DNA of 64,000 nt from Trichosphaerium sp. ATCC 40318 (Eukaryota > Protista > Tubulinea), in contig JALMLS010000483.1 of NCBI GenBank assembly GCA_038496445.1, positions 52,446 through 116,445 on the forward strand, read 5' to 3'. Below, piece after piece: positions 55,559 through 64,000 of the stretch. Made by a program: the position numbers and the translations under genes. A model generated the notes under the pieces. That model did not search any database. It was not told the origin of the DNA and saw nothing but the letters and a program-made list of their open reading frames with translations. Position 1 is the first letter of the stretch, and each line of letters opens with the position of its first letter.

Positions 55559-58500
55559 TTATACAATAGTACGAACAGACAGGTACTCATCATCCGTGTC
55601 TGAATTAGTACTTTCTATACTGGTAGATTGACGAATAATTGACATGACATGTTTGGATTTTGGACGATCGCTAAAAGAAGAATCAAATGTTAGTAAAAAA
55701 AAACATGGTATTTTGTTTCTTTTTGTTTGTTACCTTCCTCCAAAGTTATTATATCCCGCTGGAGCATTTGTCCAACAGTATAAAGGTGTTCCATTACTTT
55801 TAACGACATATACACCAGGTTGAAATACCTTCTTATCTTTAGAAGGGTTGGCACCACTTCTGTTTTTTTGCAAAGAGAAACCTCTACTTATTTCGTGACT
55901 ATCATCACCAATCAAAGGAAAATTCAAGTTCCATTTCTCTTGTGTCTTTATCATCTTATTTGTAGATTGAGAGCTGATACCAACAATAGATCCTCCAGAA
56001 AACGTGATCTAGAAACCATTTAAACATCGCTCTAATGAATGTTTCTCGAACGTACCTCATCAACATATTTTCTCCATGAACGAAGATATTTACTACAAAA
56101 GAAACACCATGACCCTCTGAAGAATATGAGAACTGTATATGAATTCTCGTTTATCTCTGAATCAAGCCACTCTTTTGGGGAAAGTGATCCAAGAGATAGC
56201 GTTTTGGCTTTACTGTAGTACTTTCCGCTAAGGGTAAGACGATTAGAGATCGTATCATAGGCTATGACTTTTGTTGACTTACTGTACAGTACTCTCGCCT
56301 GCTACCCTCACAATTTCTTCTTCCCATATCACGTCTTTTCCTTGTATGGAAGCTTGTTCGGCATGTGGTGTGGCTACTCCGCCTGAGTCTAAAGAAGAGT
56401 GCCTTTCAAGTTTGAATTCATATGTTGATTCGAAATTATGAAGTTGTTCTAAGTTTGAACTGCAAAACGATTTCAGTTGTGCTTTTATCTCTTTCTCAGA
56501 GATATTGACGTCAATAGCATCACTACAATTAAGGTTAATATTGCAAAGGTACGTTCTTGGACCTGTTGTGAAGAACAAAGTTGCCAAGTGTTTGATTTGC
56601 TTGAACAACTTCACTTTTCTTAACTTTCAACTTTCTTGGTTTTTTCAGCTGTACCGTTCCGTTTAACATTGTCTCAATAGCGCCTTTTACTCTTTCCTTA
56701 TTATTCTCTACATAGTATCCTATACCTTCTTCATCGAACTCAGCATAGTCAATTTCACCAGAAAGGACACGTAATGCCATACAAATTGTTGAAATACTCC
56801 GGCTTGTGTTGGTATGATTACCATCTAAGAAAATAATAAGAAAAAATAGTATCACTTAGACGGATACTACGTACGTTTGGATGTGCTAAGACTTGATCCT
56901 GTTAAAGCAAATGATTCATTAGGTCTTTGTATAAAGGTACAAATACCACGACCAACAAGAACGGCTGTTGCAGCTTGAATAAATACTCTATCGGAAGCAC
57001 CTCTTTTTAAAAACTTGGCTCTTCCTTTTGATACAATTTCTTGAAGACCTCTGACAATAATACTTGGTAACTCTTCTAAAATCTCCATAAAATCATAAAC
57101 TATATCATCGAGCCACTCTAAAAGAGACCCTTTATCTTTTGTAATGCGTTCTTGAACAAAAGTTAGAGTTATATTCACTGAAGTAATTCTTTTTTACCCA
57201 GCACTTTTCTAAACCGTGAAACATGTCCTCTAAGACGAAATCTTACAAGAGAACTGAAAATTAAAGAAGCCAATGATGTTTCAGTAAGAATAAAAGTCCA
57301 ATCTTGTTGAGGGTTTACTCTAAGAGAGAACAGATTAAAAAACTAGATTGAACAAAAAAAAAACGTAACAAACTTACAGGCAAAAGTTGATGAGAACATA
57401 GTTTGTCCTCTTTGCTCTCTTGTGTACAAGAACGTTGTATTCGTCGTCAAGAATATAACGTAGTAAGTTAAGAGTAACAGAAGATCCCCTGAATGAAGCA
57501 ACTGTTATAATGCTGTCTATAACTGATTGAGGTGCATCTGGAGTCAAAGCAAGAGTGAGCGCTTTGAGAAATAGCTTCGATGACATTAGATTCTTGAGAA
57601 TTTGGCTATCTTCTAAGTGAGATCCTCTCCAACGCCTCTTATTAGGTTTCCTAAAATTATGTTTGTTAGGTGATTCAACGGAACAATAAGAAAGTTATTG
57701 GCTCAAAAGAAAACGATCATCTTCATCGATAAAAATAACTTACCACACAAACAATTTCGATTCTGCTTCATTTCCATCCGTAACAAAGTAAACAAACTCT
57801 GATCGTATATGAATGCGACTCACACGATCTATAGTTGAGACCATTTGCAATGGTTTTACAGGCTCCTGATCAAAGAATTAACCAAAACTGGGAGCACGTG
57901 ACTCATTTATATTTCTACACAAAAACGCACCTTTATCAACAAATTGTATACTGCAAGTCCTTCTTGAGTTCCGATGAAAACGAAGTTATCGACCAAGTCT
58001 ATACTTGACACTCTTGTTTGTAAATTGTCAAGTATGCTTTGAGACTCTCGTAGCTCAGAACCTGTACCAATGGCAATTGTATAAGCTTTAGCATCACCTT
58101 TCACAGTGTTAGAACGCCTTAAAAAAAAGAGTAAAAAAAAAGAAGAAGGAGACCCATGCATGGGTACCTTCGTAAATATTTTACGATCCCCTGCAGAAAC
58201 CAGCTGTTAATTGTATGTTTACTAATGGATCTGGTTTATGGTGGTTCAAGGTAACCATTTTATTCTATCAAACTAGAAAGAAAAAAAAATTATGGTTTCT
58301 CGTAAAATTCACGTTTTTTCGCATCTGCAAAGAGTTTGTACCTAATCCAAATACGTGAATATTCCCACTAAAGTCTCCCGCTATCACCACGTTTTTTAAC
58401 AAATGTACGCTGGATAAAGGTATATTGGTAGGTCTGCAGAAAATTACTTCTTGTGTCTAGTTTAAATTAAAAAAAAAGCGACAACAACTTCCTTTCATAC

Positions 58501-59465
58501 ATTTCTGTTCCAACAATAAATGTCATCCCTCGTTACACCCACAACTATGTGATTATTTTGATGTAAGGATATCCAACCTTTAGAGGCATTGTCGGTTTTA
58601 CAGCTAAAATTGTGAGTAACTCAAGCCAATCCGAAGAAGTGACTCACAACTTGCAAACCCTTTTTTAGAAAAAACTTCCAAAATTGTTTTCGTATGTTTT
58701 AAATTACGTACCTGAACTGGAGGGTAAGTGATTCTATGCAATACACTTCTATGATATTCAATGCATTTTTATAAGTAACAAGTGCACTTCCATCAACAAC
58801 AGAAGACAATGCACGAATGATTTTTCCGTGACTAAAAATGTCTGACTTTGCCTTATTTTGAAGTATCGCTTTTCCTTCGAAATCAACCCTGGTGATACTC
58901 ATCGAACCTATGATACAGATACCCTATTGTAGTTTAATATCAAGAAGCACTAAACGATAAAATTCTTATTTGTTACGTACAGTGGTATCAGCAAAAACAC
59001 CTTGAAGGTACTCAGATTTTTGGAGACCAATCCGATAAGAAAAAGTAGAATCTTGATTTATATTATACATTTGAACTGTTCTAGCCACGTCATCATTGTC
59101 TAGTATTTTTTCATGCGTCGAAATGATATGACTCCCAACAGCACTAAGCATAATAGTCACGTGACTGTTCTTAACGTGGATTTTCTTCCCAAGCTGGGCA
59201 TGTGATACTATAATGTCCCTAGAGAGATATCAAAGAGAGTTGAAGCCAAAAACAGTAAGAATAAAATTTTAGTTCTAGTTTACCCAACTTTATCATACGA
59301 CGCTGCCATCCAGCCATCACTAGCGAATACAACTTTCGTTCGCTTGTATACTTTACTATTAATATAAGGCGGTAATACACTGTTTAACTCATAGCTAGAT
59401 ATTGATAAGGAGTACTTAACGGTATAAACCACGTTTACCTTGCGACATTTTTCGGTGTTGGCCAT
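55559..59465 (-). CDS. WD40-like beta-propeller + helical region + C-terminal AhpC/TSA (peroxiredoxin-like, CxxC) fusion protein
   Basis: WD-like LSSVHLLKNVVIAGDFSGNIHVF and VSSIDLVDNFVFIGTQEGLAVYNL; C-terminal VLIFFRGSWCFFC..IVGISSQ..LNFPLIGD..QPGVYVV. About 14 introns can all be spliced in phase. Confidence 0.7.
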
Positions 59466-60071
59466 TTTTTTTTCTGTTGTCTCTTACCACCCTAAACGTT
59501 GTTAATGAACAAGTTCAAGTATTATTTTCGAGCTACAGCGATAAAACGGGAGAAAAAAATCTTCCGCAAGTTTATCACAATAAACTGCATATTCAATCAA
59601 ATGAACAACGCTGAAGACAAACCGAAAAGCCGTTTGTAAGTCCAGAATTGCTTTCCTTTTCTTCGCTTACAATACCGTGCCTAGGTTTTCTAGGGCTTCG
59701 TGGAGATAGCATCCTATCGTTGCGTTTGTGGTACTAGAGTGGAGTTTTGGTCAATTGAAAGGATGTTGATTGAAATGAGAACTGTTTTCTTGAAGTTGTT
59801 ATTTTGCTTATTTCGGACACAATTCAACAGTTACTGCACACAGCCACGTGGTATAGTATCGTGCTAAATTTACAAATTCTTGCAAGCTTCCACGGAAGTT
59901 TGTTGCAGTGTACGCAGTCTACTAGCTCTACAAGCAAACTTATAATTTTGGGTGCTAATTAACAAGAGCGTTCTGCCGAGCAACTCCGTAAGTTTTGAAA
60001 ATAATAAGGGAGATAGAATAATTTATTGGTTTTTTTAAGCGTGATTAACATCACGTGATGACAATTAATAA

Positions 60072-61913
60072 ATGTACAAAAAGGGGTATTCCTACTTTGT
60101 TAACAAGCGAATCCAAGGTTAATACACATCCTGAACCCCAGCTCCACACTTAAAACCGACGTCGGTTTTCGCTATTATTAGGCAGGTGCGACAAAAATAA
60201 AATGAAGTATTTATCTCAAAAGGAGTACTAATAGCAGCACCAGAGTGTCTTCCTTCTTTTTTTATTTTTACACTTTACTACCGCCAAGACCCCTTTTTCT
60301 AGTGACAGATAAAAAAACCCTGGCATCTCGAATCTCCAGCAACAGATTACTACAGCTTAAGGTCAAAGTAAGAAAAGTAATTCTTCTCGTCAACGGTTGT
60401 ATTTGCCTCAAAAGGCCTAAGACATTAATTGATTCACAGTCAATTTTCTTCCTTAACGCTCCTGTCTATTAACTGTCAAGTGTCAAAATAAAAGCATCTA
60501 ACCATATACAGGTACATTTTAGCAAGTTATATTACATGACAAGTTAATTAAACCTCTAAAATCTTAGATGTTACAAAACGGTATGAAAAAAAATTGTGTT
60601 GATGACATTACTCTACAAAAAGCAAAAAGAGTCAAGGACCTTAATACACACGTACGTAAAGACCCGTTAAGACGGAGGAGATTGTGTTATATTTTATTAA
60701 TAATTTGCCTTCGTTTTCAGGCTAAAGCAATGGAAGAATTCATGCGGAGTATTAGACCTCTCAGTGAGTGTCCGGAGAGCCTTGCGCGCAAATTAGAAGT
60801 CGTGTCAAATTTTTTGACAGGGGACGTAAGCGAGGTGCGATGAGGATAGCAAGGATGTAATTAAATAACGTCTGAGCACCTTATACTTAAACGAGCAAGC
60901 AAGCCTCAAAATTAATACAACTTTTTTTTTTAGGCTTCAGCAAACGATTTTAAAACAAAAGTATCAACAGCGCATGCGCTTACAAAGTTTAACAACGGGT
61001 GTCAAAGTATAAAGTGTCATGTCAAACAAACAACCTCAAATCGCACAGATCAATCCTGCCTTCCTTCTGAAGAATGTTACATGGATATACTTGCATCTCA
61101 AGTACTTTATATGTTCCACATGCAAGTCTCAACGAGCAAAGGTACCTTTTAAAGAAATTTTTTTTTGATCACGTGATGGCCGTTATTCAATTAAATATTT
61201 CTTCAAAACAGCAAAACTCAACTGTTTGGTAAAGTTTTTTATTCTTTGTATTCTCTTTCGCTTTCTTTTGCTTTAACTGCACTTTCAGATAGCAGGAAGC
61301 GAAAAACATGTACAGAGTCAACAGAAGAAGCCAGTGAAAGCGAAAAAGAAGGTAGTGATAAAGAAGACACAACAACGGAGGAACCACCTAGAAAAAGATG
61401 CAGACGGTTGGTGCTAGGACCAAGAAGAATCAAACCAGATGACTACAAACCACCAAAAACCAACTCCGCGCGTACGTACACCCGAAAATAATTTTTGTTA
61501 TTAGTTCAGTTTTTTCCGTTCATTCCGTTTGACACTAGTAGTCACGTGAACGAACTAAAAACAGACACAAAATAACCTGAGTTTTCGAAAAAAAAAAAAA
61601 AGTTTAAAAAACGGTTTTGACATGTCACATATTTTACCATGCTCTCACTAACCTTTTTATAGAATCGTCAAGGCCTAAGCGAAACTCACTACCAAAAGCC
61701 GCCGTTGAAAAACTTCGTCTGTGGTTTTATACGCATTCGGACTTTCCTTACCCTACAACGAATGAAAAACACCAGCTAGCAAGCGATACTGGTCTTACAA
61801 GCAAGCAAGTTAATTATTGGTTTACAAACGCTCGACGTCGCATTTGGAGTAAAAAAGGTCCTCCAAACGCCAACGAGAAGCCAAGTAGTAAGAAGGGGAA
61901 GAAGGCTCAGTAG
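60072..61913 (+). CDS. TALE-class homeodomain transcription factor
   Basis: KRNSLPKAAVEKLRLWFYTHSDFPYPTTNEKHQLASDTGLTSKQVNYWFTNARRR with the PYP loop. The 5' model is less certain. Confidence 0.88.
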
Positions 61914-62385
61914 ACTACAAAAAAAAAGAACCAAAAAAAAGTGTCAAAATAGTGTATTGTATTAGTATTAACGTAACCTGGCGTACTTGCAGTGTCTTTT
62001 GAGCCAAAACCTTTTTTTTTTTGAGATAAAAGACCCAATAAGGTCAAAATGAAATAGTAGAGTTGACACTCACGCGAGACAACACCATGAAGAGATATAG
62101 ACAAAAAATTGTGATAAAGTCTCCTAGTTTTCGATATCATCTGCCGTTGAACCTACGTAGGGAACAAAATAACCGCGAAGAACAAATTTTGTAACGTTAC
62201 CGCCAGTTTCAAACGATTTTAACGGCCGAACATCACTTTAGCACTCAGTTCAACGGTAATAACTTAGCACATACTCATAATGTTATTCTGAGCGTAATGA
62301 AATGAGATAACTTAACAGGTCCCCAAAATTAAGCGCCTTTTTTTTCAAATTTTTACCGTTAGACTTTATTTGTTTGGGATGCGAA

Positions 62386-64000
62386 ATGACTTCTGTGGCT
62401 GCTGTAGATAAAGAGAACAACCCAAACGTAAGAAGAAAAAAGAAGCTATCAAAACAAGATGCGCAATTTTGGTGGCTACAAGTGCGAGAGATGCTAGTAA
62501 ACAAGACACGCATAGATTTCAATGCCGCTATAAAAAAAATTGAAGAGGCCTTAGAGCACATTAAAGTGCGCGATTACGAGAACTCTAGCTTTATGCGCAT
62601 TATGCTTATGCTTGCGAAGTGCCAGATTGAGTACGCAACGGTTTTATTGGATATTGTATTTAAAACTGTCCTTTAACGCCGTTTTATAGGCTAAACTACA
62701 GAGATCTCGCAATGCAGACGTACAAAATGATAGAAAAACACCAACCTTCCTCAACTTTTTTTTACGTGAACTTTGGCAAGTTTCACTACCTCGAAGGTAC
62801 TAGAACTGGAAAAAAAATAAATACAACAGTTGGCGGGTTTTTTAAAAACCTTTTTGTTTTTTTCGACTTGCTCGTTTTTAAAGTCTCCAAATCTTACTAT
62901 TACTTAGGAAACGTTGAAGAGGCGCGAAAGGTCCTCGTAGCAGGCACTAAAAAAGCTTCTGGATCAGATAAGCATTTTGCCGAAACACTCCGATCAATAT
63001 GCAAGACAAAGGATCCAGGACTTCTTCCATACCTACCTGAACGCTATAAATTAATAACAGAAGCAGTAAGAATGCCTAAGAAAACACGAGCGCAAATGGC
63101 TAAAAAGAATGCTCAAAAACACCGTGCTGCTCTCCAAGATGTATCAAATGGAGCAGGAGCAGGTCAAGGCTCTTCACATGCGCCGAGGAAGCCAGGGAGA
63201 CCTTCAACAAGCAGTTTAAGGTCAAAGTATGCACCAAAGCAGTACACTTTCAAACCTAGACAAAGTAGCACTCCAGTGCTTCCAGCAGGTCATAACCCGC
63301 TCGCTCCATCTTCCTCCTCTCGTGGTTACGTAAAACGAAGTAGATTACGTGTGAACACTTTTGGTACGATAACCTTTTTAGTTATTTACGATTCCTGTTT
63401 TTCTTCTTTTTTTTTTTGTTGACAAGCACGTGGGTGTAGTATTTGCACCAAAATAAAAACACGTCTCGATTACGTACTAACTGATTTTATTTAGGCACAG
63501 GCGCATTTTCTGGAGGTGCTAGACGGTTAACTCAAGAACCTAAACCGGAAACAGAAAAAGAGCCTGAAAAACTTGTTGCTTCCACAACACCGAGTACGTA
63601 GCTCTTTGTCACTTTTCTTTTGGCGAGGCGTTTTTTAAAGAAAACACGTTTGAGCGCCTCATGCTTCACCTCAGCGCCAATCTTTCTAATATTTTTTGTA
63701 GAAGCAAAAACAGTTTTGGACAAGCATTCTATTGGGCCCATGGATCATCATACACCATCATCACATCAACGTGATGAAATCATGGCTGATGTGCCTACGG
63801 AATCAGAAACAAGTCCTATGGCTATAGACTCACAAGAGGCACCTATTGTGTCACCACCAACACCTGTATCAATTTCACAAAGTACGTTTCTTTCTTTTGT
63901 TTACTTCTTCCATTGGCTTACGTTTACTGTTTGTTTCTTACAATTCCATTAGAACCATGGTGCTCAACACCTGTACATTCTGTTGTTGCAGCGATGGCAA
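62386..64000 (+). CDS. Mps1/TTK-like spindle checkpoint kinase, N-terminal part (TPR region); kinase domain not within the window
   Basis: N-terminal KEN box; SFMRIMLMLAK..AMQTYKM..FFYVNFGKFHYLEGNVEEARKVL resembles the Mps1/Bub1-type TPR; D-box-like RAALQDVSN. Bub1/Mad3 cannot be excluded. Confidence 0.6.

Overview
Eukaryotic nuclear DNA, AT-rich (roughly 35% GC), gene-dense, with many short (about 35-200 nt) spliceosomal introns. The ORF track is therefore fragmentary, and the gene models below were spliced by hand. A TKL kinase with a C-terminal SH2 domain (Shk architecture) points to an amoebozoan protist. About 27 genes are supported. Recognisable ones include TARBP1/Trm3, an F-box/SMI1/ApaG protein, mitochondrial GluRS, a Thg1-like protein, SLC43- and SLC19-like transporters, TRMU, MRPL49, ATP6AP2-like, a TALE homeobox gene and the Mps1 N-terminus. 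There are also several F-box genes and decaying pseudogenes. The most unusual genome-level signals are: (1) at least 9 GC-AG introns, mostly GCACGT, within a GTACGN-dominated (+4 C) donor consensus; (2) about 51 CACGTG E-box palindromes against about 6-7 expected, largely intronic or intergenic and overlapping several GC donors; (3) ultra-short head-to-head promoters sharing a Myb-like motif. The most notable protein-level findings are a WD40-like/AhpC-TSA fusion and an intron-poor F-box-LRR family undergoing birth and death. All counts are by eye and all family calls are from motif recognition, not database searches.
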